Origin: Mobula hypostoma
Taxonomy: Eukaryota
Reading direction: 5' to 3'
Assembly (NCBI RefSeq): GCF_963921235.1
Contig: NC_086097.1
Coordinates: forward strand, 61,754,001 to 61,818,000
DNA length: 64,000 nucleotides
Under the pieces are notes generated by a model that saw only the letters and a program-made list of their open reading frames with translations, did not search any database and was not told the DNA's origin. This document shows positions 1 to 13,179 of this stretch, one piece after another (the stretch's first letter is position 1; each line of letters begins with the position of its first letter). Position numbers and translations under genes: made by a program.

Positions 1-199
1 ATCCAGATGTACACTATAAACTAGATAAGTTGTACAAGGTATTTAGTTATGTGCATGATTGTTAGCTACTTCCGATTTTAGATGAATATTATTTAAATGC
101 AAAGAAGTCTAGTAATTGTTTCAAGAGCATTGACTGAGCTTGATGGTTCAAATCAAAGAATCAGGCTGGACTTTCAAGAAGACTTATTAGCCTATTCTT

Positions 200-213
200 G
201 TTGCTATGGCAAC
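200..213. promoter_or_regulatory. Candidate RFX X-box (GTTGCTATGGCAAC)
   Basis: 14-bp near-perfect palindrome, one base off the consensus GTTGCCATGGCAAC, in non-repetitive sequence; motif match only. Confidence 0.35.
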
Positions 214-1299
214 TGAGATTGTGACTGAAGAACAACTGTCTTTCATTAAAAGTTAATCATGAAATGCCTCGTTCAGTATTTCTATGCATAGTTAGTTTAG
301 GGAAAAAAAAGAGGTGGAGAAGATAATTCCAATTGACAGTTCTGCAAGATGCTCTGAGTGAAGAGAACATTCTTAAAAGTACAAACCAGCATAAAGATAG
401 CTTAAAAAGAAAAATGACTTTGCTCCAGATAGTTGATTTCTATAGGAATATTATTATAACTGATGGGCATTGCTATGTTACATCATGTCTAAATAATTTC
501 CATTGTAATAAAATTAACGTTGCTAAAAGAACCATTTGTGGGATGAAAGGCCCCACATTGGTAATAATCACTACTGGTTATTAACAACGATTTGATCTTT
601 CTCCAACCTCACAAGAATATGGAGATCCTACACCACCACAACAGAGGTCAAACTTTTTAAATTTTATGTTTGTTTATGCAGAATAAAGCAGCAGAAAAGC
701 CAAACCTCTCAACTTCTCAGCAGCAATCATTCAACTGGAATAACAATTGTGTCCTTCATGTGCATCAATTTGCTAAAAGGAAAAAAAGATCTCAAATTAC
801 ACTCTAAATTGCAGCATCTATGCATCTTAATTCAATACATTAACGAATGAATAGACAGTGAACAGAAATTAATTCTTTGTCCAAAAAAGGATATTATATA
901 GTCAAATAGATAAATAAATGGAGAAAGCTTTCTCTCTAATTGACAATTTAACATGTATACTACCGACATGTGAATTGATTGTTCACATTTACTAAGAAGA
1001 ACTCACCAAGCATATATTTTTAGATGGTAAAGCAAGTTGTTTGAAAAGCCAGAATAGTGATTTGCTTCGAAGCATTTGCAGTCTTTTGGATTCATGCACC
1101 ACTGAGCAGGAGCATCTGGATGAAGTTTAATCACCTCACAAGATTAACCAAGGATAAATGAAGGTGTTGTTCTCCATGCTTATCCTCCAAGCATGACAGT
1201 GACTTGTCTCTTTAGTGCTTTCTATAATAGCTAGTTCTTCAATGATCCATGGGACAAAAGTCATCCAAGTTTCCAATGTCAATGTATCGAAGAAGTAGC

Positions 1300-1470
1300 A
1301 AGTCATAAAGTCAGACTGCATGGAAAAAGACCCTTCAGCCCAACTTGTTCATGCTGACTGTGTCACCCAGTGAGCAAGTCCCATCAATTTGCCAAAAGTC
1401 CTCTAAACCTCTCCAATCCATATATTTACCTAGTTGGCTTTTAAATGTTGCTGATGTGCCTGCCTTAAAC
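1300..1470 (-). mobile_element. Old CR1-type LINE 3' end fragment
   Basis: gcatggaaaaagacccttcagcccaac...ttttaaatgttgc resembles reverse-complemented CR1 3' UTR sequence; heavily diverged. Confidence 0.4.
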
Positions 1471-1844
1471 ATTATCTCTGTCTGGCGGCCTGATATTATA
1501 AATGAATCTACTATCCTAGTGAGAGTAGAATGTTTGCACAAAACCCGTTGCCCTTGGAGGAAACAGCCTTTGCTGGATTGGCATGGCCACCACCATCAAT
1601 TCCATGAAATGGGGCAGACCCTTTTGTGCATGATTAACAATTCTGTTGGTCAAAAGAAAATTACAGATTTGCTACTCTGTATCATTTTCTATTACAACAA
1701 AGCAAACTGTTCAAAAGTTAGTGGTTTTAGATAAGAAAAACAAGATTAAAGAATGATCAGGCTATGTGGTGTTTGTTTCTTCAAACTTGGAATACGTTAA
1801 GAAAAATTACAGTCTAGATTCAGATACACAATAGGAGATCAGAA

Positions 1845-4800
1845 GTTTGGAAAGGAGGGGACTTCAGTCAGGTCCACACCCCAAGGATAAAAGGCAGCAG
1901 TGGGTTGCAGCAGTGAAAAAGAGCTTTGACCAGACACCATTCGGCATCTGGGGCTGATTAGTAAGAGCAAATTAAAGGAAGGCAGGGACAAGCGCAGCAG
2001 CTGTCATCTGAGCGGCCAGGGTGATCTTGAGGCTCTAGCTCTTCGAGGCTTCCAGGAAGAGAGACATCAGTCAGAGAAAGCAAAGGAAAGAAAAGCTCAA
2101 GATTCTTTTTTTCCTTCTCTTCTCTATATCTGCTCAGCTAGGACAGTGGAGATTCCAGGCAGGATAGTGAAATGCACCACTTGCAGGATGTGGGAAGGCA
2201 AGAAGACTACGAGAAGTGCATCCAGTGCAGTTCCTAATAAACCTTGTTAAGGAGTTGGAGCTGGGATTGGATGAACTACAGATCATTCCGAAGGCTGTAG
2301 GCGTGATAGATGGGACAAAAAGAGAGGCAATTACACCAAAGGGACAGGACACAGGAAACTGGGTGACAGTCAAGAAGGGGAAAGGGGTTAAGGAACCAGT
2401 GCAAAGAATCGTTGTGACCATACCCCTCAACAACACGTATCATTTTGGATACTGTCAGAGGGATGACCTAACAGAGGAAAGTCACAGTGGTCAAATCTCT
2501 GGCAGAGTTTGCCTCTGTGACTCAGAAACAAAAGATGGAGAAGAGGTGAGCTGTAGTGATAGGGGATTCATTAGCTAGGAGAATGAACAGGATGAATTGT
2601 GGGTGAGAACGAGATTCCCGGATGGTATGTTGCCTCCTGGGTGCCAGGGTTTGGAATATCTCGGATTGAGTCCTCAGCATTCTTAAGTGGGGGAGTGAAT
2701 ATCCAGAAGTCATGGTCCATGTAGGTCCCAATGACATGGGTAGGATGAGTGACGAGACTCTGCATAGGGAGATCTGGGAGTTTGGTGCTAAGTTAAAGGA
2801 CAGGACCTCCAGGGTTGCAGTCTTAGGACTGCTACCCCTGCCAGGTGCTTGTGAGGCCAGAACTCAGATTACGCAGTTTAATATGTGGCTAAGGAGTTTG
2901 TGTAGGAGGGAGGGCATAAGATTTGTGGACCATTCCAGGGAACGTGGGACCTGTACAGAAGGGATGCTTTGCACCCGAACTGGACAGGGACAAATATCCT
3001 AGTGGGAAGGTTGTTAAAGCTGTATTGTGGAGTATAAACTAAAGTTATAGGGGGATGGGAACCAGAGTGCCAGAACAATTAATGGAGAGGTTGTGGTGGC
3101 AGATGTTGGTAAGATCTCAGACCATGTTAGGAGTCAAATGGTTGAGCAATGTGTGACTAGCGCCCTGAGCTGCCAGTATTTCAATGCAAGAAGTATCGAG
3201 GGAAAAGCGGATAATAGTGCTGAAGATAAGGTAGTTGATTTACAAATAGAGGCAATGTGTAATGAGGGGAGGCTGTTGATAGGGCAAAATTGCAGTCAAT
3301 AGCATGAGTTGCAACATAAAAAGGCGGACAAAATCAAAGAGGGTGAATACAGGACTGAAGGTGATGTATTTGCACGCAATAAGTAGATGAATTTGCAGCA
3401 CAGTTGCAGATTGGCAGGTATGATGTTGTAGGCATCACTGAATTGATTGGAAAAGGACACTGTCAGGGATGAAGGCAGAGCAGCAATAGCTGGAATTTCT
3501 GGAAGCAATTCAGAACGCAGAAGATTGTTACATCCCAAAGAGGAAGAAGTATTCTAAAGGAAAGATGGCACAACTGTGGTTAACAAGAGAAGTCAAAGCC
3601 AACATTAAAGCCAAAGAGGGGGCATAAAATAGAGCAAAAAATAGTAGGACATTAAAGGATTAGGAGCTTTTAAAAAACAACAGAAAGCAATTAAAAGGCT
3701 AATTAAAAAGGAAAAAATAGAACACGAAAGTAAGCTAGCCAATAAAAAAGAGGATAACAAATGTCTCTTCAGATACAGAAAATGTAAAAGGGAGATGAGA
3801 GTGAATACCAGACCACTGGAACATGATGCTGGAGAGGTAGAAATGTGTGGCAACAAAATTGCAGATGAACTGAATAAGAATTTTGCAACAGTCTTCACTG
3901 TGGAATACACTAGCAGTATGGTAAAAGTTCCAGGTGTCAGGTGTAATGAAGTGTGTGAAGTTACCACAACTAGAGAGAATGTTCTTGGAAAACTGAAAAG
4001 TCTGAAGTTAGATAAGTCGCCTGGACCAGATGGTGTACACCCCAGAGATCTGAAAGTGGTGGCTGAAGAGGTCGTGGAGGCATTAGTAATGATCTTTCAA
4101 GAATCATTAGTTTCTGTAATGGTTCCAGGAGACTGGAGCATTGCAAAAGTCACTTCACTCATTAACAAGGGAGAGAGACATAAGAAAGGAAAATATAGAC
4201 CAGATAGTCTGACCTCAGTGGTTGGAAAGATGTTGGAGTTAATAATTAAGGATGAGGTCTCAGGGTACTTGGAGGCGTATGAAAAAATAGTCCATTGTCA
4301 GCATGGTTTCTTCCAGGTAAAATATTACCTGACAAATCTGTTGGAATTCTTTGAAGAAATAACAAATAGGAGAGACAAAAGAGAATTGGTTAATGTTGTG
4401 CACTTGGATTTTCAGACAAGGTGCCACACATGAGGCTGCTTAACAAGTTACGAGTCCATGGTATTACAGGAAATATTCTAACATGGATAAAGCAGTGATT
4501 GATTGGTGGGAAGCAAAGAGTGGGAAAAAAAGGAGCCTTTTCTGACTGGCCACCGGTGACTGTGTTGGGACCAATTCATTTTATCTTTCATGTCAATGAT
4601 TTGGATGATGGATTTAATGGCTTCATTACAAAGTTTACAGGTGATAAGACAGATGGAGGAGCAGGTAGTTTTGAAGAAGTAGAGAGACTACAGAAGGACT
4701 TAGACAGATTAGGAGAATGGGCAAAGAAATGTCAGATGGAATAAAGTGTCGGAAATTGTATAGTAGAAGAAATGAAAGTGTTGACGGTTTTCTAAGTGGA

Positions 4801-6085
4801 CAAAATACAAAAAAACTGAGGTGCATACAGACTTAGGAGTCCTTGTGCAGGATTTCCTAAAGGTTAATTTGCAGGTTGAGTCTATGGTGAGAAAGGCAAA
4901 TGCAATATTCGCATTCATTTGAAGAGGACTAGAATATAAAAGCAAGGATGTAATGCTGAGGCTTTATAAAGCACCGGTGAGGCCTTGCTTGGAGTATTGT
5001 GAGCACATTTAAGCCCCTTATCTTAGAAATGATGTGCTGAAACTGGAGGTGGTTCAATGGAAGTTCACAAAAATGATTCCAGGATTAAATGGCTTGTCAT
5101 ATGAAGAGTATTTGTTGGCTCTGGACCTGTATTCACTAGAATTGAGAAGAATGAGGGGTGACCTCATTGAAACCTATCGAATGGTGAAAGACCTTGATAG
5201 AGTGGATGTGGAGAGGATGCTTCCTATGGTGAGAGAATCTAAGGCTAGTGGACACTGTCTCAGAATAAAGAAATGTCCTTTTAGAATGGAGTTGAGGAGG
5301 AATTTCTTTTGCCAGAGAGTGGTGAATCTGTGGAATTTTTTTTACCACAGATAGCTGTGGAGGCCAAGTATTTAGATTAGATTATGAAGACACGTAGTCC
5401 TCTTTTATTGTCATTTAGTAATGCATGCATTAAGAAAGGATACAATATTTCCTCCGGTGTGATATCACAAAACACAGGACAAACCAAGACTGAAAAAAAC
5501 TGACAAAACCATATAATTATAACATATAGTTACAACAGTGCAACAATACCATAACTTGCTGAAGAAGTCCATGAGCACAGTAAAAGTTCAAAGTCTCTCA
5601 AATGTCCCACATCTCACGCAAACGGAGAGAAGGAAGAAAAACTCTCCCTGCCATACCCGACCACGGTCCGACTCTGAGTCATCCGAAAACTTCGAGCTCT
5701 GATCAGCTCTCCGACACCGAGTACTGAGCGCCATCTCTGACTGAACGATTCAACCTCCTTCTCGGTCACCAAAAGCAGGCAAAGCTGGGGATTTCGAGGC
5801 CTTCCCTCCGAAAGATTCCTGACTGCGCAGTAACGACAGCAGCGAACGAGCGTTTCAGAAATTTTTCCAGATGTTCCTCTGTACTTTCATGTCCGTCTCC
5901 ATCAAATCAGAATTGTATATTTAAGGCAGCTGTTTATAGATTCTTAATTCCTCAGGGCATGAAGTGGCTCAGGTAGAAGGTAGGAGATTAGGACTGAGAG
6001 GAAAATTGGATCAACCATGATGAAATAGCACAGCAGACTCGTTTGGTCAAATGGTGTAATTCTGCTCCTATATCTCATGGTTTTT
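1845..6085 (+). mobile_element. Degenerate near-full-length CR1 LINE (ORF1 SGNH esterase, partly deleted APE, RT)
   Basis: ORF1 motifs CTTCRMW, VVIGDS, VHVGPND; RT motifs KSPGPDG, YRPDSLTSVVGK, LDFQ, QRVVNLWN; 3' tail tatctcatggt; many stops and frameshifts. Confidence 0.9.
5372..5916 (-). mobile_element. 5'-truncated non-autonomous retroposon inserted in the CR1 3' region
   Basis: Interrupts CR1 between ggccaagt and gtatatttaaggcag; (AATCT)n tail on the minus strand; homologous to 58642-59300. Confidence 0.75.
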
Positions 6086-7314
6086 ATGATATTATGTCCA
6101 ACCAACAAGTTTGAATGAAGATCAGTATATTTCCAAGTGTTTCCTTGAATGTTCTTGGAGTAATCCAGATTTTTTTCTTTTTGTGGTTTCATGAATAGTC
6201 TATAATTTTGATGAGGGTTTAATGGAAAATATATGTTCCCGGAAATATTACAGCACTAGTTAGATGGCAAGCTATGTGTTGGAGGATAAAAAGGTTTTTG
6301 TATATTAAGAATAAAATGGAAATTGCTTTACAGAGAAGATTTTCTGTCCCCTTGAATTATTAATGAAAGCAAGCATTTTGAAGCAAGTTAACTAGAAGGA
6401 GCATTAACTTTTGTGATTACACGTAGCTGTATAAAAGGCTATTACATGTACCATTGAATGAGGGACTTGAATATTCTGGTATCTCAAAAGTAGGTTGCTG
6501 TTAACCTTTATACATGCAAGCATGGCTGATGTGTTGCCTAGTAATAGGATAAAGAAATTATTTTTTGATGAAAAAATAAATTATGCAAATCCTCAACACA
6601 TTGGAGTGAACACTTCCTAATGTACAGTGATACTAATAAGCCACAAGAATGGTTCTCCATACATTGATTGAAACCTGAAGAGTTATGATTTCCAAAACTA
6701 ACCATTTTGCAATTATTTTTTTTAAATCAAGATGCTAAGTGCTAGAACTTGTCAAACAAGTTGTTTTCACGGAGAGAGAAACATAGTTAACTTCTGCGGG
6801 TTGATGCTCTTTGACTGAAGCTCAGAATGATTAGAGATTCACCGGGTTATATGGAACCACAGAGACAGGGAAGGAAAGGGGAATAGCAATGAAAGGGGAA
6901 AAGGAAAGATTAAATGACAAAGGGGATACCAAGCAAAGGAAGAAGGAAATATAAAATGGCTCTAGAAGAGTAAGAAGTGTCAATAACAGAATAATTTCTA
7001 ACAACTGTGGTCTTAAAAACACAACAAAATGAGCTTTGGAATTATTATTTCTGATTGTTAAGCTCTGAGTTGTGGTTTGTAGGATGAACAGTATTCAATT
7101 TTGGATTGGTTTGCTATTCCTAATATACAACACAAGTATACTTCTGGTTAATTCAGTATATTTTCTATGATAACCATCATAAGTATGTCTGAAACCAAAA
7201 AAAAAGTCAGGTCTCCTTCAAATCTATTCACAAATCTATTAACCCATGATGCAAAACATTTTTCCATTAGTGCTCTGTTTTACCTTTGTAAATTACAGAA
7301 GTATTTCAAAGATC

Positions 7315-8145
7315 ATTAGACCATAAAACTTAGGAGAAATATTAGGCCATTTGGCCCATTGAGTCTGCTCCATCATTTGATCTTGATTAATTTATTGTCC
7401 CTCTCAACCTGACTCTCCTGCCTTCTTTCCTTTGACAGCCTTAGTAACTAAGAAACTATCTACCCTGGCTTTAAGTATACCCAAACATTAGGCATCCACT
7501 GCCATGTGTGGTAATGAATTAGACAGATTTACCAAATTCCACTTTTTTGCTGTTCTAAAGCGCATTTTTCGACTCACTGCCTTTGGTCCTAAATTCCCCC
7601 ACTAATACAAAAACTCTCTACACGTCCACTTGATCTCAGCCTTTCAATATTTAGTATGTTTCAATGAGATGTCCCCTCATTCTTTTAAACTGTAGTGAGT
7701 ACAGGCCGAAATCTATCTAATGCTCATTATTTGTTAACCATTTCATTCCTGGAATCAATCCCATATACTTTTCTCAATCCCATCCAAAGCCAAAACATCC
7801 TTTCTTCATTATGGAGCCTAAAACTGCTTATAATACTCCAAAAGTGGTCAGACCAATGTCCTATGAAGCCTCAACATTACATTGTTGCTTTTATATTCTA
7901 GTCATCTTGACATTATTGCTACCATCGAACTTGCCTTATTTAGTAACAACTCAATCTGCAAGCTAATCTTTAGTGAATCCTGCATTAGGACTCCTAAGTC
8001 CCCTTGCAGCTCCAATTTCTTAATTCACTCCCATTTAGAAAATTGTTTATGCCTTTATTCCTTCAACCAAAGTGCAATGCCATACACTTCCCAACACTAT
8101 ATTCAATCTGCCAATTCTTTGCCCATATTACTAATCTGTCCAAAC
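7315..8145 (-). mobile_element. CR1 LINE 3' fragment
   Basis: Starts with the reversed tail (ttagaccataaaacttaggag...ggccatttggcccattgagtctgctcc); continues into decayed RT C-terminus similar to 56069-56794. Confidence 0.8.
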
Positions 8146-8261
8146 AGTGAAATTAATTTAGCTCATGATTATCGGGTCTCAGTGAGATACAGCAAAAAAA
8201 AACAAACAATTAAAGCCAATGAGTGCACAGACACAGATGATCAGATACCCACATACACTTA

Positions 8262-8672
8262 TACTACTACTACATCGACTCAGGCCTAGGGGGCCGGCGT
8301 TGGGCACGATGACGGATTCTCCACTTCTCCCTCTCCCTCATCAGTGCGTTCAGTTCATCTACATTAGCCGCGCCGCTGTCTTCTAGGAGGGTGTTGACTA
8401 TAGTCTTGGAAGGGTGCCCAGGGTTCATCCTCCCGTGCTTGGGCTCCCATATGATGACTAGGCTGGCAGGTAGCTCAGGATGGCGTAGACAGTGCCCCGC
8501 TAGTTGCAGTCTTCTCACCTCGATTTTAATGGAGAGCATCGGTAGGTTCTTATAGAGCTCAACGTTCATCATGTGCTGTTGCCAACTCACATCAAGAGCC
8601 ATCCGGAGCATTCGTGTATAGCAACCATCTAGAGACTTTCGTATCATCTTGGTGAGTGTCCATGTCTCGCGT
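8262..8672 (-). mobile_element. RTE-group LINE 3' fragment with (TAG)n tail
   Basis: ORF 8270-8647 (-): LDGCYTRMLRMALDVSWQQH...RRLQLAGHCLRH, typical post-RT region of RTE-group ORFs; ends in a microsatellite tail. Confidence 0.75.
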
Positions 8673-8776
8673 ATGTAATTATGATGACATACACTAATCT
8701 AATCCCATAACTAATATATTACTGAAATCATTTCATCAGCATGAGTCAGTAACCAATGGAATTATTATTAACAATC

Positions 8777-9522
8777 AGTGTTATGTTTGTTCTGGATAAA
8801 AGACAAACTTTGCATGGGTTTTCAAATGCTAGCAGATTTATTAACAATCATTATTTCTATTTTAACACTTTAGCACATGCTCCCAGTTCACCAATGTCCT
8901 TCCATTTCCAGCAGAATCGCCTGCATTGCACACTGGGAACTAAAGTTCTTTGTTGTGTACACATATAAAAACAGATCTTCCCCCTTTAAAGCAAAAAAAA
9001 ACACACCTTGTTTCTGTTCACAGGAAAATCTTTTTTTATATATATTATATTATATGTGTATGTGTGTATATATATAAAAAAAATGTGTATGTATAATCAC
9101 TGATTGAAGCATTTCCATGTATCAGTTAGGTTGCCAGTAAACAGCATAGCTGTGGGAGGACTTATTTTATCCATTGAGCTGATCTTTTAGGCTTTCACCT
9201 CAATTTCTTCCAAACAGTGTGCTGGCAACCTTTTTACGTCGGAACTTAGCGCCTCTTTCTTAGCCACTCACAGTATTCAGTTATACTTCATATTTAGACC
9301 TTGTGCTGACTTCTGACACCATGTTATGTTTTTTCTTGATAAAAACACAAATTTTACATGGGCTTTCAGATGCCAGCACATGTATTAACAATTACGGCTT
9401 CTAGCTCTGCACTTAAGCGCGCTCTCCTAGTTCACCAACGCCCTTCTGGTTTCCTGCTGAACTGCCCTGCATTGCATACTGCGAACTGAAGTTCTTTATT
9501 ATGTACACATATAATTACAGAG
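8777..9522 (+). repeat. Diverged ~200-bp direct repeat, copies ~8777-8975 and ~9321-9522
   Basis: Collinear blocks tgttatgttt..gataaaa..catggg.tttca.atgc.agca..tattaacaat..agttcaccaa..ctgcattgca..gaact.aagttcttt.tt.tgtacacatataa..acaga in both copies. Confidence 0.75.
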
Positions 9523-10309
9523 TCAGGACCAGTAAGTTATGGGTCTGCAGCAATGACAGAAATTCACACTAACATTGTTAAATTGGACAGCAAGACTGCA
9601 CAAAGACACATGCTGAACTGATTATCCTACATAACATATTTCTAGATATGTCACATAATTCAAAATATCTCTCCACAGCACCTCTAGAAATCTGAGGCTG
9701 CAGCTGGTGACATATGAAAAATTATTATGAAATTATGAATTGACAAGTCCCGTCAGTACTGATGGCTACTTTGTGAAGGATAGTAGATCTGTTGCTATTG
9801 CGTTAGATATTCACTTTTTGATTTTTTTTGCTAACATTGCTTCCTAAACACAGCATCTTGTAAAATGAAACAGTTGTAAGTAAACTTTCAACAGATTGCT
9901 TAACTTCTGATCATAAATGGAAGTAAGTCTTCAGTTCCTAGAAATATGAATGAAAAGCATTCTTTATAGAACAGCTTTGCAAATAAGCTTTGTATTTTGA
10001 AGATGATCTGTCTGTAAAGAGTCACTGCACCTGCTTTATTATTGCTCAAGGGTAGAGCATAAGACAATGGGCTGTTTAATTTGGGTCGGTTCAAACAGAC
10101 AAGCTGTCTCTTAAGTTGATTAGTTCAAGGAAGCTCATAGAAAGATGGATAATATCATTTAGCATATTAATAACTGATATGTTTATAGTTTGAAATGCTT
10201 ATGTACTCAAAGAAGCTAGCTATACAGCATTAATGGTAGATAGCTAAGATCAATGTCTCCAAAAGATGTTTTTAAACCATTTGTGTTAAAAAGATAACTG
10301 AAGAAATAT

Positions 10310-10502
10310 CGCAAACAAGAGAAAATGTGCAGATGTTGAAAATGGAACCAGCACATAAAATTTTCTGGAGGAACTCGGCAGGCCAAGTAGGATCTATGGA
10401 AAAGAGTCCGGATGAAGGGTCTCGAACTGAAATATCGATAGTTTACTTTTTTCCATGGACGCTACCTGGCTTGTTGAGTTCCTCCAGCATTTTGTGTGTG
10501 TT
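10310..10502. mobile_element. Penelope-like terminal repeat present as an inverted pair
   Basis: ctggaggaactcggcaggcca...ctatggaaaa versus ttttccatgga...tggcttgttgagttcctccag; central gatgaagggtctcg..tgaaa matches the other Penelope ends in the window. Confidence 0.7.
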
Positions 10503-12259
10503 CTGAGGAAACATCACATGCTTGTGAAGTCACTCAAGTGGCTGAAAAGGTATGAGAACAGTTCAGGCTTATTAGGAATGAGTAAAGCAGCATTAAGGAA
10601 CATGGAAGAACTCTAAGCCATTCCTCCAGCTTCAGTCTCTCTGCCTCTTTGGTATGTCTTTTAAGTTTATAGGAATTATACCTGATTCTTGGAAATTGAT
10701 TGCTCTTTTTGATTTATGCTTTATCCTTTGTGTTTAAGAAATGGTTAAATCTTTTGGTTTTGGAAATGATTTGTGTTATAGAAATTGTCTGTAATTTGGA
10801 AATGTTTGGTAATGTTTCAGGATTGAAGATAATGATTTAATGATTCAAGATAAGCTAGAAATCCTCTGTAAGAATTGGGAAGTGTTTAAAATAGAAATCC
10901 TCTGTGAGTTTTAAATGTGTTTTAAGAGACTTGTGTGAATGCAAACGTCTATCATCATCAGGTGCCATGCCCAGTTTGAGCTTTGACTGCCATGGCCCAC
11001 ACACTCCTGTTTCCAATCAAGTGGATCAATTCATTGGTATTCATTTCCAGTTCTCCAGCTGTTGTTTCCATCATCATTTGTCTTTGTCTTCCTCTTGCTT
11101 TCTTCCCTTCAAACTTTCCCATAATTACCGTGCATTCCAACTCCTCTGTCCTAATCACGTCTAATGAAGTTACGTTGCCTTTTCATGATCTCATACATTA
11201 TTTCTCTTTTTGTGCTTGCTCTGTTCATGACATCCTCATTCGATATTCGTTTCGTCCATGATATTCTTTGCATCCTCCTCAAAATCCACATCGCTGCTGC
11301 TTCAATTTGTTTCCTCATGTTACTAGATGTTGTCCAACATTCTGAGCCATATAACATAAATGGATAAACATAACATTTCAGTACTCTGAGTGGGGTTGTC
11401 ATACCTAGTTTAGTGTTGGTCAGTATATTCTTCATTCTCATGAAGGCGTCTTTTGCCATCCCTATTCTTCTTTTGATATCCGTGTCACACCTGCCAACTG
11501 ATGTCACACAGCTTCCTAAGTAGCAAAAGTTCTGTACTTGTTTTATGTCTTCCCCATTTATTTTCAGCCTGCAGATAGGATTCTCCTTTTTTTTGGATAT
11601 TACCATACATTCTGTCTTTTTGTAATTGATAGATAGAACCAATTAAGTTTTGTAGTTCTTCCTCCGTACTTGCAATCAGCACAGTGTCATCCGCAGATCT
11701 AAAATTATTGATGTTTTCACTGCCAGCTTTGATTCCCAAGCTGTCTCTTATTTTTTGTAATATTGTTTCATTGTATACATGAAACAAAGCAGGGGAAAAA
11801 ACATACCCTTGTCTAAGCAGAACAAGTGCTACACATGCCCTTACACTTCCTCTCTCACCACCATTCAGGGCCCCAGACAGTCCTTCCAGATGAGGTGACT
11901 CTTCACCTGTGAGTCAGCTGGGGTGATATACTGCATCCAGTGCTCCCGGTGCGGCCTTCTATATATTGGCGAGACCTGACGTAGGCTGGGAGACCGTTTT
12001 GCTGAACACCTACGCTCTGTCCACCAGAGAAAGCAGGATCTCCCAGTGGCCACACATTTTAATTCCAAGTCCCATTCCCATTCTGATATGTCTATCGACG
12101 GCCTCCTCTACCGTCAAGGTGAAGCCACACTCAGGTTGGAGGAACAACACCTTCTATTCCGTCTGGGTAGCCTCCAACCTGATGGCATGAACACTGACTT
12201 CTCTAACTTCCGTTAATGCCCCACCTCCCCTTCGTACCCCATCCCTTATTTATTTATTA

Positions 12260-12935
12260 TGTAAAGGGGTTTCGACTTTTAAGTTACTGCGGAGGCTAAT
12301 TAAAATGACGTCTTTGTTATGTTAACCTGGGGAATGCGGCTTTATTGTGTTAAACGCTGAGAAAGTTTGCACTAGCACCTTATTTTGGTTTAGAGGATGA
12401 TAAGAAATACGTTATTAACCAATTGGGATAGTTGTTATGGTTTTGGTGTATTTGAAGATACTGTATGCGTGGGGTTTAGGGGCAGAAGGCGGGAGAGCGA
12501 GACAGAGGATGGACGAGGTGCTGTGAGTCCGCTAACGGGGTCGGACCCCGGCGGGACATTCGGCGAGGAAACGGAGACGGACTCGTGTGGAGCGTATGGT
12601 CCCAGGCGGCTGGTCGAGGTGGTCCGAGGGGGTCGCAGGGTGAAGAAGAAGGTCCTTGAGCTCCAACGGTTTTGTGCACGAAGAGATTGAACTTTGATAA
12701 ATGTGGCGCCTTTTATTTTCCTTTTATATTTTATTCTCTTTTAAATATATAGTTCCAGTAATATCTATAAACTGTATATCATTTAATTGCATCTGGTGTC
12801 TTGTCTGTTATTTGGGCGGGGTGGGGTACCTCACACAGCATCCACACAAACGAATTACCCAGTTTGGCGGGGCTGAGGCTGTTTCCCTAGATGACAGCGA
12901 GCCGAGCGACCCTGAGGGTGGCCAGGGGGGCTACA
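12260..12935 (+). repeat. 5' LTR
   Basis: TGTAAAGGGG...GGGGGGCTACA; by eye a few percent diverged from the 3' LTR, plus two reciprocal indels. Confidence 0.95.
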
Positions 12936-12938
12936 TTG

Positions 12939-12957
12939 TGGGGGCTTTGTCCGGGAT
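12939..12957 (+). promoter_or_regulatory. tRNA-Pro-type primer binding site
   Basis: TGGGGGCTTTGTCCGGGAT versus canonical tRNA-Pro PBS TGGGGGCTCGTCCGGGAT, 3 nt after the 5' LTR. Confidence 0.8.
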
Positions 12958-13179
12958 GCTTGAGTCTGCTGGTATGCTGTGTGGGTGCCCTGTTTAAATC
13001 TGTAATGTGTGTCTCTGTGGGTTATTTGCTGTTGATTGCTGTATGCGTTGTGGGTGCAGTCTTTGTTCGAGTTCAGGCTGGCATTGACGAGTTGGAGGTG
13101 GCACTCGGGGCTGTCCATGCAGTTGGGAGACAGAGGAAAGAATGGTCTGATTTGGAGGTAGAGTCTGCGAATAAATGTT

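Noticed and set aside
1024..1130. Possible terminal exon (..tttttag|ATGGTAAAGCAAG..., GKASCLKSQNSDLLRSICSLL...)
   Set aside because: Short, no recognisable homology, and no supporting neighbouring exons.
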